Below are positions 8,547-17,861 of a stretch of 32,000 bases of DNA, in pieces. Each line of letters begins with the position of its first letter. Within the stretch, counting starts at the first letter, position 1. Origin of the DNA: Nocardia brasiliensis ATCC 700358. GTDB lineage: Bacteria; Actinomycetota; Actinomycetes; Mycobacteriales; Mycobacteriaceae. The DNA lies in NCBI RefSeq assembly GCF_000250675.2, contig NC_018681.1, positions 4,897,031 to 4,929,030 of the forward strand, given 5' to 3'. A model generated the notes under the pieces. That model saw only the letters and a program-made list of their open reading frames with translations. It searched no databases and was not told where the DNA came from. The position numbers and the translations under genes were made by a program.

Positions 8547-9992
8547 TTATTCGCTCGAATCACGAACCGGCAGACCGTATATCCGCTGCTCGAACTCGGC
8601 TCGATCGGCGGCCCGGAAGCGGCCTCGGTAGTCCAGACCGCGTTCCACCGAGACCCAGCGCACCAGCGAGTGCAGCGGACGCATCTCGTCGTGCACGAAC
8701 CCGGGGCGGGGCCTGCTCATCAAGCCCACCTCGGTGACGCGCGAGGCGCCGGCCAGGGTGAGTGCGCGCCCGAGCTGCTTGCCGCGGTGCCACGGATACA
8801 CGGCGACGGTCTGCGTGTCTCGGTGCACCGCCGCCACGGCGTCCGCCAGCCGCGCGACAGAATAGACGTAGGCGGTCCGGCCCAGCGGGTGTTCCAGTTC
8901 CGGTGTCTCCCCCGGCGGGACAGTCACCACCGTCCAGTCGGACCCGGCGCTCTGCCGGACCCGGTACCCGTCGAACCGGGCCTCCTGTCGCGCCCGGGTG
9001 ATGTGCGCCTGTGCGTCCACGGTCCGAAAACCGCACGGAAGCCGTTGCGCCACATGCTCGAGCCCGCGCACGAGACCGGCGGCGAAGACGTCGCCGTCGC
9101 CTTCCACAAAGATCCGCTGCGGACTGAAGCAGGCCTCCTGCTCATAGACGCTCAGGTCGTACGCCGCGCGCACCGCGACGTCCGCCCAGCCGCCGTCGTC
9201 GGCACCGATCAAGATGATGCTCTCTTTCGGGCCGAACTCCACCAGCTCGGTCCCGACCGGGATCCGCGGCTTGATCGCCGCGATCGAGGAGTGTTTTCCC
9301 CACGCGCACACCACATCCGAAGCGTCGATGAAATCCTGCTCCACCGGATCACCGCCGGGCCAATAGAGTACGGAGAGCGCGCGGGTGAGCGGATGCCAGG
9401 GATCGACGTCGGCGAAGGTGCGGGCGAAGGCGAGCGTCGAGACCAGATCGCGGCGCGGCAGTTTCGCGACGGTCACGTTCTTCGTGAGCAACCCGCGAAT
9501 CACCGTGAACAACCCGGCCAGCGGAACATTGCCGACCATCAAATGCAGTACGCGCCCTTTGGGCAACGCCCGCAGGAAGATCGACTGCTTGGGCAGCCAA
9601 TCATCGAGCAGCAGCGGATTGTCCAGGTCTGTCTCGACGATGTCATAGAGCTTGGCCCGAGCGCAGGCGCGCGCGATCCGCGTGTAGTCGTCCTCGATCA
9701 TCGTCTCGTGGTAGCCGGTGATCCGTGCCGCCAGCGCGACGGCGTCGCGGCGGCCGGGGTAGCCGGGATCGCCCCACAACCGGCCGACCCGCTCGAGGAA
9801 AACCGTGATCTCGTCCAGGTGCAGCTCGGCGAGCGCATCTCGTTGCGTCTTCAGCACGTCCCGGACCAGTTCGGCGGTCGGCCGGGGAATCGTGATCCGC
9901 CAACCCGATTCGTAGGTGACTACGAGCGGTTCGACCCCGCTGTCGGCCACCGTCTCGCCGTTCACGAGAATCGGCAACGCTACCTCGTGCAT
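8547..9992 (-). CDS. luxC: LuxC-family acyl-CoA / acyl-protein reductase (aldehyde-forming)
   Basis: The start is taken at ATG 9992 (MHEVALPILVNGE...) with GGGAG upstream. It overlaps the upstream gene's stop by 13 nt. LHLMVGNVPLAGLFTVIRGLLTKNVTVAKLP and YEQEACFSPQRIFV (candidate nucleophile Cys) are characteristic of the LuxC branch of the aldehyde dehydrogenase superfamily. Confidence 0.8.
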   Translation of the reverse strand: MHEVALPILVNGETVADSGVEPLVVTYESGWRITIPRPTAELVRDVLKTQRDALAELHLDEITVFLERVGRLWGDPGYPGRRDAVALAARITGYHETMIEDDYTRIARACARAKLYDIVETDLDNPLLLDDWLPKQSIFLRALPKGRVLHLMVGNVPLAGLFTVIRGLLTKNVTVAKLPRRDLVSTLAFARTFADVDPWHPLTRALSVLYWPGGDPVEQDFIDASDVVCAWGKHSSIAAIKPRIPVGTELVEFGPKESIILIGADDGGWADVAVRAAYDLSVYEQEACFSPQRIFVEGDGDVFAAGLVRGLEHVAQRLPCGFRTVDAQAHITRARQEARFDGYRVRQSAGSDWTVVTVPPGETPELEHPLGRTAYVYSVARLADAVAAVHRDTQTVAVYPWHRGKQLGRALTLAGASRVTEVGLMSRPRPGFVHDEMRPLHSLVRWVSVERGLDYRGRFRAADRAEFEQRIYGLPVRDSSE

Positions 9993-11278
9993 CCGGCACT
10001 CCCGGCCTGTTCGCTCGGCAGCAGCTCCAGCACACCGCCCGCGCGGAAGGTCTCCTGCACGACGAGCCGCACCCACTGGGCGTACCGAATCACGTGGCGT
10101 AGGTTGTCCACCGCGAAGCGGCGCTCGGGATCATGCGACAGCCGGACCACCCGGAAGTCACCCATCATCGGCGGCAGTGTGTGTTCGGCGCGGTCACGGT
10201 GGTAACTCACTTCGAACGCCGAACGGCCGCCGGTCGAGCACCCGACGGTCTGATGACCGCGGTAGTGGGTGTCCTCGTTGAAAAAGATCATGTTGTCGGC
10301 GGCCTTCTCGACCCATTCGCCGCGCAGGCAACCGTCGCCGAAATAGTTCACCACCGCTTTGCGCTTCAGCTTGATCATCCGGGCCCGCAATGTCGCACGC
10401 AGGCGCTGCTCCGACTCGTGCCCCAGTTGCTCGGCGAAGCGGGCCAGGGCCAGGCCCTCATCGATCACCGTATGCGTGAAGAACTGGTCGGACGCGTCCA
10501 GCTCGCCGGGGCGGTCGAGCAGCACCCCGCGCACGCAGGTGACCGTCACATGATCGACCGCGAGGGCGCGATCGCGCACCGCGCACCGCATCAGCGCCTC
10601 GACCAGCTCCTTGGATTGCCCACGGGCGGTGAGGCATTGCCTGGTGGCCGCGGGCAGCCAGCGCGCGGCCACGCGCGTGTCGGGCAGGCCGGGTGCGATT
10701 TCGGTCAGCCCCTCGACCACCTGGCCGGGCAGTTCGGTCCAACTCACCTGCGCGCGGGCGAGCAGACCCTCTGTGCGATGCCATTTCGCACCGTCGATCA
10801 CGGAATACCTGAAGTAGTCCCGTTCGACGTGTTCCCTGACCATCCGGGTGCGATCGGCGAGTTCCAGGAGGGGCAGGTGATCCAGTGTCCTCGGCTGGCC
10901 GATCGACAGCAGGTAACCGCCCAGCCGTTGCGCCAGCACCGCACGCACCGCACGCAGCGAGAATTCACCGTCGAGTTGTTCGAGACCGATTCCGGCGCGT
11001 CGCAGCACGGCCAGCCCGAGGACGAGTTCCGCGTCGGCCTCGGTCCACGTTCCGTACGGACGTGCCTCGACCACGGTCAGCGCGTCCCGGAATTCCTTTC
11101 GGCCGTGCCAGGTCCCGTCGAAACGCAGCCAGTGATGCCTGCTGAAGATCAACGTGGCGCCCGCGGCCCGGATCAGCTCCCGCACCGAGTCCGCGGCATC
11201 GTCTGCGGCACAACGGGACAACAGTCCGGTGACGTCATCCAGCGCCGACGTGCTCGTCGGTATGGTCTCGATCGACAC
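9980..11278 (-). CDS. Hypothetical protein, no family recognised (first gene of the minus-strand operon)
   Basis: The track ORF 9980..11290 starts at TTG. I prefer GTG 11278, which has GGAG 6 nt upstream. The long ORF has coding-like composition and is translationally coupled to the luxC-like gene. The C-terminal segment FFNEDTHYRGHQTVGCSTGG...YHRDRAEH is rich in potential metal ligands. Confidence 0.7.
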   Translation of the reverse strand: MSIETIPTSTSALDDVTGLLSRCAADDAADSVRELIRAAGATLIFSRHHWLRFDGTWHGRKEFRDALTVVEARPYGTWTEADAELVLGLAVLRRAGIGLEQLDGEFSLRAVRAVLAQRLGGYLLSIGQPRTLDHLPLLELADRTRMVREHVERDYFRYSVIDGAKWHRTEGLLARAQVSWTELPGQVVEGLTEIAPGLPDTRVAARWLPAATRQCLTARGQSKELVEALMRCAVRDRALAVDHVTVTCVRGVLLDRPGELDASDQFFTHTVIDEGLALARFAEQLGHESEQRLRATLRARMIKLKRKAVVNYFGDGCLRGEWVEKAADNMIFFNEDTHYRGHQTVGCSTGGRSAFEVSYHRDRAEHTLPPMMGDFRVVRLSHDPERRFAVDNLRHVIRYAQWVRLVVQETFRAGGVLELLPSEQAGSAGCTR

Positions 11279-11290
11279 GATCGGCTCCAA

Positions 11291-11573
11291 TCAGAGGTAC
11301 GCGGTGCGTACGGGAATTGCTGGGGAGCACTGCGCCGAAACTATCACCGAATTTTCACTGACGCGATAACCCGAAAGTCACATCGAGTATGTGACCGATG
11401 ACTCGGCGAATACCGCGCCGTCGTACGAATGACGTTACCCGGCGCGCGTTTTCGAATATCGAATCGCGGTAAGTGTGCCGAACGGAGCATTGACAGCGCC
11501 TGCGGAATTCCCGTTTGGTGGACAGGGAGCACGAACTGGCCGAGAAACTCTGGCACGAGGAGCCCTGGGAACA
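11291..11573. promoter_or_regulatory. Divergent promoter/operator region of the lux-like cluster
   Basis: A 283-bp non-coding gap between divergent operons, locally AT-richer. It contains the perfect palindrome GTCACAT-n5-ATGTGAC (11377-11395) and TTCGA-ata-TCGAA (11451-11463). Confidence 0.5.
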
Positions 11574-11795
11574 ATGCGAGTGTGGATCGAACGCGCGCTC
11601 TGCCAAGGTGCGGAGCTGTGCTGCGAACATGCCGCGGCGGTGTTCGCGACGGACGACGAATATGTGGCGTACGTGAAGGCGGACGTCGGCGCCGACTGCG
11701 CGCACAAGGCGCTGCTCGTGCCCGGCGAACACGAGGAACAGGTGCGCCGCGCCGAGGCAGAATGCCCGTCACGCTGCATCAACATCATCGACTGA
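11574..11795 (+). CDS. Small ferredoxin ([3Fe-4S]/[4Fe-4S] type)
   Basis: 73 aa from ATG 11574 (MRVWIERALCQGAELCC...ECPSRCINIID). The CxGxxxC...CP cluster-binding pattern matches actinomycete ferredoxins. The track ORF 11475.. is over-extended. Confidence 0.8.
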   Translation: MRVWIERALCQGAELCCEHAAAVFATDDEYVAYVKADVGADCAHKALLVPGEHEEQVRRAEAECPSRCINIID

Positions 11796-11819
11796 CCGGG
11801 CGCCGGCCGAGGACAGACC

Positions 11820-12953
11820 ATGACAACGCACGCCAAGGTCACCGTCATAGACTCCATTCGGGCGATCGATGACCTGATCCATCAGCGCGACGATGCTTTC
11901 ACGCTCGCCGGGGCCGAGCTCAATGAACTCCGCGACGAATTGATGCGCGCCGCGGTCCGCCACCATTGGCAGCACTGCGCGTCCTACCGGCGCTATGCCG
12001 AAGCCAACGAATGGTCGCTTTCCCGGCTGGACCTGCCCGGTTTCATCGAATCGTTGCCGCTGATACCGGCCTCGGTGTTCAAGCGTCACGACGTTTCGAG
12101 CTGTGCGCCCGAAAAGGTGGTGCAGGTCTGCACCAGCAGCGGTACCCGGGGTACGAAAAGCCGGATATATCGCGACGGAACCACCCTGGAACGTTTTGTC
12201 GGCAGCATCGATCAGGGCAGCCGGCTCGCGCTACCGAATCCCGACATCGAACGGCAGCTGTTCGTACTGGGGCCGGACACCGGCGAGGCCGGCGATCTCT
12301 GGTTCTCCTACGTACTGAGCATCGTGGATCTGCTGCATCCCACCCGATTCTTCGTCACCGCGGGCATTTTCCGGATCGACGAGGTGATCGACGCGTTGCT
12401 CGACGAGTCGGTCGAGCGGCCGGTGGTGATCGGACCACCGGTCCTGGTGCGGGATCTCGCAACAGCGCTGCGCGAACGCGGCATCGATCCCGGCCTCGGT
12501 GCGCGCAATGGTCTCGTCATCACCGCGGGCGGCTGGAAGCGCGCGAACGCGACGGCGATGTCCCGGCGGGACTTCGAGGAATTCGTCACGGCCGCTTTCG
12601 GTTTGGCCGGCGACGCGCCGATCCGCGACTGCTACAACGCGGTCGAGCTGAACACCGTGCTGTTCGAATGCCGGTTCCGGGCCAAACACGTGCCCGCATG
12701 GCTGCATACGAGTGCGCGGGATCCGGCGACAATGCGGCCGCTGCCGCCTGGCGAGGTGGGCGTGCTCGCGTTCTGCGACGCCTCCCCCACCAGCTATCCG
12801 GGATTCGTGGCGACCGATGATCTGGGCTCGGTGTCGCGCGAGGGAAGTTGCCCGTGCGGCAACGACTCCGCGGTGCTCACCGTGGTGCGCCGCATCGCGA
12901 CGGCCGAAACTCGCGGCTGCGCCCTACGACTCGACGCCGAGGTCATCCGATGA
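11820..12953 (+). CDS. luxE: LuxE-family acyl-protein synthetase (long-chain-fatty-acid--luciferin-component ligase-like)
   Basis: 377 aa starting at ATG 11820, with GAGGA upstream. It has the TSSGTRGTKS adenylation P-loop, WKR, and a C-terminal ...AETRGCALRLDAEVIR. The Cys (nt 12918-12920) lies 10 residues from the C-terminus, the position I recall for the acylated Cys of LuxE. Confidence 0.85.
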   Translation: MTTHAKVTVIDSIRAIDDLIHQRDDAFTLAGAELNELRDELMRAAVRHHWQHCASYRRYAEANEWSLSRLDLPGFIESLPLIPASVFKRHDVSSCAPEKVVQVCTSSGTRGTKSRIYRDGTTLERFVGSIDQGSRLALPNPDIERQLFVLGPDTGEAGDLWFSYVLSIVDLLHPTRFFVTAGIFRIDEVIDALLDESVERPVVIGPPVLVRDLATALRERGIDPGLGARNGLVITAGGWKRANATAMSRRDFEEFVTAAFGLAGDAPIRDCYNAVELNTVLFECRFRAKHVPAWLHTSARDPATMRPLPPGEVGVLAFCDASPTSYPGFVATDDLGSVSREGSCPCGNDSAVLTVVRRIATAETRGCALRLDAEVIR

Positions 12954-13957
12954 CGACTGCACCAGTAGGACAACGCCGTTCGACCACTCCGGTGACCGTC
13001 CGGTCGGAGCGGTTCGAACTGCCCACGCCCCGCGGCATGTTGCGTGGCCTGCGCCAATACCAGCCCGACAACCACGATCCGGTCGGCCGCGTCATCGTGG
13101 CGCCGCCGTTCGGCACGGTGATGCGGCGCGGCCGTGGCATCGCCCTCTACTTTCTCCTCAACGGGTTCGACGTCATTCGCTACGACCCCACCAATCATGT
13201 GGGCGAAAGCGACGGAACTATCCGGGAATTGACCCCCGATGCCCTCGCCGCGGATCTGGCGCTGGTGCACGACTGGGTCGCGACCTCCGGCCCGCGCCGC
13301 GGGCCCGCCGCCCTGTTCACCGCGAGTATCGCCTCGCGCATCGCATTCGCGACGGCCGCGCGGTCGGGTCGGCGTCCGGTCGCGATCGGCGCCATCTCCG
13401 CTGTGGTCGACATGCAGGCCACCATCGCGGCGGCCAACGACCAGGACTTCATCGGGCAGTGGCTGCGCGGCGAGCAGACCGATCCCGACCGCACCGCGCT
13501 CGTCCTCGACCACGAGGTGAAATGGCGGTTCGTGCAGCGGTTGGTCGAATTGGGCTGGCACACCACCGAGTCCACCCGCGTCGATATCCGATCGATCGGG
13601 TCTGTGCCGATTCTGGCGGTCCAGGGCAGCCGCGACTCCTGGGTCGATCTGCGCGCCGTGGCGGATGCCTTCCGCGACCACGCGTCGGCCGACATCGTCG
13701 TGCTGTCCGATGCCACGCACGAACTCAACACCGCGAGTGCCCGCACGGCGCTCGCCGAACTGGTTCGCTTCTTCCGGCCCGCGCCCGCGACCGGCGATCC
13801 CGTCCTCGCCCCGACCTTCGCGCACGTCGTCGCGCAGAACAAGGGCGAGCGACAGATCGACCGGTCGCAGCCGGACGGTTTCGCCGTGGAAGTCACCCAT
13901 TGCGCACCGTTCGACTACGACTTGGGCCCGGGTGCCTCTTCGGCCCCCACCACGTGA
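12950..13957 (+). CDS. luxD: LuxD-family acyltransferase / acyl-ACP thioesterase (alpha/beta hydrolase)
   Basis: The start ATG 12950 overlaps the luxE-like stop (ATGA). IVAPPFGTVMRRGRGIALYFLLNGFDVIRYDPTNHVGESDGTIRELT aligns with Vibrio LuxD LIASGFARRMDHFAGLAEYLSENGFHVFRYDSLHHVGLSSGSIDEFT. LFTASIASRIAF aligns with LIAASLSARVAY, the nucleophile Ser region. Confidence 0.85.
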   Translation: MTTAPVGQRRSTTPVTVRSERFELPTPRGMLRGLRQYQPDNHDPVGRVIVAPPFGTVMRRGRGIALYFLLNGFDVIRYDPTNHVGESDGTIRELTPDALAADLALVHDWVATSGPRRGPAALFTASIASRIAFATAARSGRRPVAIGAISAVVDMQATIAAANDQDFIGQWLRGEQTDPDRTALVLDHEVKWRFVQRLVELGWHTTESTRVDIRSIGSVPILAVQGSRDSWVDLRAVADAFRDHASADIVVLSDATHELNTASARTALAELVRFFRPAPATGDPVLAPTFAHVVAQNKGERQIDRSQPDGFAVEVTHCAPFDYDLGPGASSAPTT

Positions 13958-15345
13958 TCGGCCGCGCCGGTACCGTCGTGGGTTGCCGCGGCGCCGTTGT
14001 CCGACGTCGCCGCAGCATGATTCGACGCCGTGGCGAGCAGCGGCGGACGCGGCGTTCGCGGGAACGCGTAGTCCAGCCACATGCCGGCCAGCGAGGACGT
14101 CACAATGGAGAGCACCACGATGCTGGTGAAGAATTCCTCGTTGATGAGACCCGCGGACAAGGTGACGGTGGCCAGCACGATTCCCGGGCCACCACGTGCG
14201 TTCAGCGCGACGGCGAAATTCTTGGCGTGCCGGTTCGATTCGCCCACCGCGCGCGCGGCGGCCCAGATGCTGAGCCCCTTGACCGCGGTTGCCGTCAGCA
14301 AGAAGGCGGCGAAGAACACGAGGTCGAAATTGCGTGCCAGATCGAGTTGCATGCCCACCCCGGCGAAGTAGATCGGGATGAAGAACGCCAGCGAGAAGTC
14401 CTTGATCGTATCCCATGCGCCTGCGCCCGGCGTCGACTCTCCGTCTTGATTACTTTGCGGCGCAATGACATCGGAGGAAGCGATGCCGGCCAGCAGTGCG
14501 CCGAAGATGGCGTTGATCCCGAGGAATACACACGAAAGGACCAGCGCGAGTGCGAATACCAGCCGGAACGCGATCGGGTTCGCCTTCTCCATCAGATTCG
14601 CCTTGCTCGCGGCCAGCCGGTTGAACAACCACTTGCCGGCCAGCAGCAGCGCCGTGATGAAGACCAGGCTGACGATCACCTGATACGCCATCGCACCCGT
14701 ACCGTGTAGCTGCAGCAGTGAGCCGAGCCCGAACGTCTTCTGGTCGCCCTGGACCAGGCTGAACGTCACGGCGAGCGCCACATACAGCACGACGTCCTCG
14801 AGCAGCGCCACCGCCAGGACGACCCGGGCGAAGCTGGTGTTGAGCAACCCGAGGTCGAGCATTATTCGCGAAATGACCGGAATGCTGGTGACCGCGAAGG
14901 CGATTCCGAAGATGAGGGCGAAGGTGGCGTCGGTCCCGTGCGGGCCGGAGTAGTCGGCGTGGTCGAGCGCGAGGGCCACCCCGACCCCGAGCACCATCGG
15001 AATCACCAGCCCGGCCGCGGCCAGCGCCGCCACGGTGCGCTGCTTGCCCGGATTGCGATAGGTCATGACCTCTCGCCCGGCCAGGAACATCAGCAGCAGC
15101 AGTCCGAACTCATTGAGCATCTGGATTCCGGCGTGGACGACGCCGTCGGCGGGGAACAGTTGGCTCGCCACACCCGGCGCCACCTGCCCGAACACCGTGG
15201 GCCCGAGGAACAGTCCACCGAGGATCTCTCCGATCACCGGCGGCTGGCGCAGTTTCGCACAGATCTGCGCACCGAGATGGGCGGCGACGAGGATGATGAT
15301 CAGTGCGATGAACAGACTGGCGAAATCGCCACGGGACAGCGACAT
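13915..15345 (-). CDS. flH: Cation:proton antiporter (Na+/H+ exchanger family; FlH-like)
   Basis: The start is taken at ATG 15345 (MSLSRGDFASLFIALIIILVAAHLG...) with AAGGAGGG upstream. It is a polytopic membrane protein with QPPVIGEILGGLFLGP, typical of CPA antiporters. The 544-aa track ORF is over-extended. Confidence 0.9.
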   Translation of the reverse strand: MSLSRGDFASLFIALIIILVAAHLGAQICAKLRQPPVIGEILGGLFLGPTVFGQVAPGVASQLFPADGVVHAGIQMLNEFGLLLLMFLAGREVMTYRNPGKQRTVAALAAAGLVIPMVLGVGVALALDHADYSGPHGTDATFALIFGIAFAVTSIPVISRIMLDLGLLNTSFARVVLAVALLEDVVLYVALAVTFSLVQGDQKTFGLGSLLQLHGTGAMAYQVIVSLVFITALLLAGKWLFNRLAASKANLMEKANPIAFRLVFALALVLSCVFLGINAIFGALLAGIASSDVIAPQSNQDGESTPGAGAWDTIKDFSLAFFIPIYFAGVGMQLDLARNFDLVFFAAFLLTATAVKGLSIWAAARAVGESNRHAKNFAVALNARGGPGIVLATVTLSAGLINEEFFTSIVVLSIVTSSLAGMWLDYAFPRTPRPPLLATASNHAAATSDNGAAATHDGTGAADHVVGAEEAPGPKS

Positions 15346-15357
15346 TTGACCCTCCTT

Positions 15358-15380
15358 GCAGGCCGATGCCGGCGGCCTGC
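15358..15380 (-). promoter_or_regulatory. Intercistronic stem-loop abutting the antiporter RBS
   Basis: 8-bp GC stem gcaggccg / cggcctgc with a 7-nt loop. On the mRNA it ends 1-2 nt before AAGGAGGG-n4-AUG. No U-tract. Confidence 0.4.
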
Positions 15381-15415
15381 CGGAACTCGCCCGGCCGGCC
15401 GCCGACAGTGCTGGA

Positions 15416-16336
<921 letters not shown>

Positions 16337-16406
16337 TTACTGTGCGGTGAATTCCGCCACCTCCACGGGCGGAAATCTCGATGCCCGGTAGCCGCCCGGG
16401 CGGGCG

Positions 16407-17861
16407 TCAGTAGCGGTACTGCTCCGATTTGTACGGGCCTTCGATCGGAATATCGAGATAGTCCGACTGCCGCGGTGTCAATGTCGAGAGCCGGGCGCCT
16501 AGAGCGGGCAGATGCAAACGCGCGACCATTTCGTCCAGTCGCTTCGGCAGCGTGTACACGCCCACCGGGTATTGCGCCGACTTGGTGAACAGTTCGATCT
16601 GCGCGAGCACCTGATTCGCGAAACTGTTGCTCATGACGAACGACGGGTGGCCGGTGGCGTTACCGAGATTGAGCAGCCTGCCCTCCGACAGGACGAGCAC
16701 GGCATGACCGTCCGGGAAGACCCACTTGTCGACCTGTGGCTTGATGTTCTCCTTACGGACACCCGCGATCCGAGCCAGGCCCGCCATATCTATCTCATTG
16801 TCGAAGTGGCCGATATTGCCGACGATCGCCTGATGCTTCATGGCCGAGAGATGGCCGGCCGTGATCACGTCCACATTCCCGGTGGCGGTGACGAAGATGT
16901 CGGCGAACCCGACCACATCGTCGAGCGTGGCCACCTGGAAGCCGTCCATCACGGCCTGCAGGGCGCAGATCGGGTCGATCTCCACCACCACGACGCGGGC
17001 GCCCTGCCCGTGCAGCGCCTCTGCGCAACCCTTGCCCACGTCCCCGTAACCGCAGACGACAGCGACCTTTCCGCCGATCAGCACGTCCGTCCCCCGATTG
17101 ATGCCGTCTATCAGCGAGTGCCTGATGCCGTACCGGTTGTCGAACTTCGACTTGGTGACGGAATCGTTGACGTTGACCGCGGGGAACAGCAGCGCACCGC
17201 TGTTGGCCATCTGATAAAGCCGGTGGACACCTGTCGTGGTCTCCTCGGTGACACCGCGAATGCCCGCGGCCAAGTCGGTCCACTTGCGCGGGTGGGCAGC
17301 CAGCGAGGCCCGGAGCAACGCGTCGATCACCTCGTCGTCGGCCGACCGCTCGGCGCCGGGATCCGGTACGGCGCCCAACTTTTCGGCCTCTACCGCCCGA
17401 TGCACCAGCATCGTGGCGTCACCACCGTCGTCGAGCAGCATGTTCGGACCCGCGCCGTCGGGCCAATCGAGCATCTGCCCGGTGGCCCACCAGTACTCGT
17501 CGAGCGTTTCGCCTTTCCAGGCGAAGACCGGGACCCCCTGTGGGGCCTCGACGGTGCCGGACGGCCCGACGACGGTGGCGGCGGCGGCATGATCCTGCGT
17601 CGAGAGAATATTGCAGCTCGCCCAGCGCACCCGGGCGCCGAGCGCCGTCAGGGTTTCGATCAGCACGGCGGTCTGCACGGTCATGTGCAACGAACCGGAA
17701 ATACGGGCACCGGTCAGCGGTTTGTTGTTCGCATACTGTTCGCGCAGAGCCATGAGGCCCGGCATCTCGTGCTCGGCGAGTTCGATTTCCTGGCGCCCGA
17801 AATGGGCAAGTGATAGATCGGCGACCCGATAAGAGAATTCAGTTGTCACGGCCAACTCCAT
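16407..17861 (-). CDS. ahcY: Adenosylhomocysteinase (SAH hydrolase; FlI-like)
   Basis: The start is taken at ATG 17861 ([40 protein letters not shown]...). Classic SAHH motifs are present ([31 protein letters not shown]). Confidence 0.95.
   Translation of the reverse strand: MELAVTTEFSYRVADLSLAHFGRQEIELAEHEMPGLMALREQYANNKPLTGARISGSLHMTVQTAVLIETLTALGARVRWASCNILSTQDHAAAATVVGPSGTVEAPQGVPVFAWKGETLDEYWWATGQMLDWPDGAGPNMLLDDGGDATMLVHRAVEAEKLGAVPDPGAERSADDEVIDALLRASLAAHPRKWTDLAAGIRGVTEETTTGVHRLYQMANSGALLFPAVNVNDSVTKSKFDNRYGIRHSLIDGINRGTDVLIGGKVAVVCGYGDVGKGCAEALHGQGARVVVVEIDPICALQAVMDGFQVATLDDVVGFADIFVTATGNVDVITAGHLSAMKHQAIVGNIGHFDNEIDMAGLARIAGVRKENIKPQVDKWVFPDGHAVLVLSEGRLLNLGNATGHPSFVMSNSFANQVLAQIELFTKSAQYPVGVYTLPKRLDEMVARLHLPALGARLSTLTPRQSDYLDIPIEGPYKSEQYRY

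Noticed and set aside
11283-11292. Identical 10-mer GATTGGAGCC upstream of two unrelated minus-strand genes (also at 31201-31210)
   Set aside because: Each copy simply contains the GGAG Shine-Dalgarno sequence and an in-frame TTG. A single shared 10-mer is within chance expectation, and no extended similarity surrounds it.
11490-11495. TTGACA as the -35 box for the ferredoxin/luxE/luxD operon
   Set aside because: No acceptable -10 hexamer lies at 16-19 bp spacing (gtttgg/tttggt), so a promoter call is not supportable from sequence alone.
12712-14709. 665-aa (+) and 540-aa (-, 12794..14416) ORFs spanning the luxD-like/antiporter junction
   Set aside because: Low-complexity Arg-rich translations. 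The same DNA encodes LuxD-like and antiporter proteins with clear family signatures in other frames.
15346-15415. Fluoride (crcB-motif) riboswitch upstream of the antiporter; also checked 17862-18091, 20556-20752 and 24193-24730
   Set aside because: I could not find the conserved GGnGAUGG...AACCGC...CUGAUGAUnCCUAC-type core in either orientation. This was a manual scan only, so an Infernal search would be decisive.
16392-16403. Palindrome ccgcccgggcgg and the nearby 6-bp stem (tccgcc...ggcgga) as a terminator between ahcY and flA
   Set aside because: The stems are too short or loopless and have no U-tract. The 88-nt gap is more simply an intercistronic spacer carrying the flA RBS (GAAGGAG).
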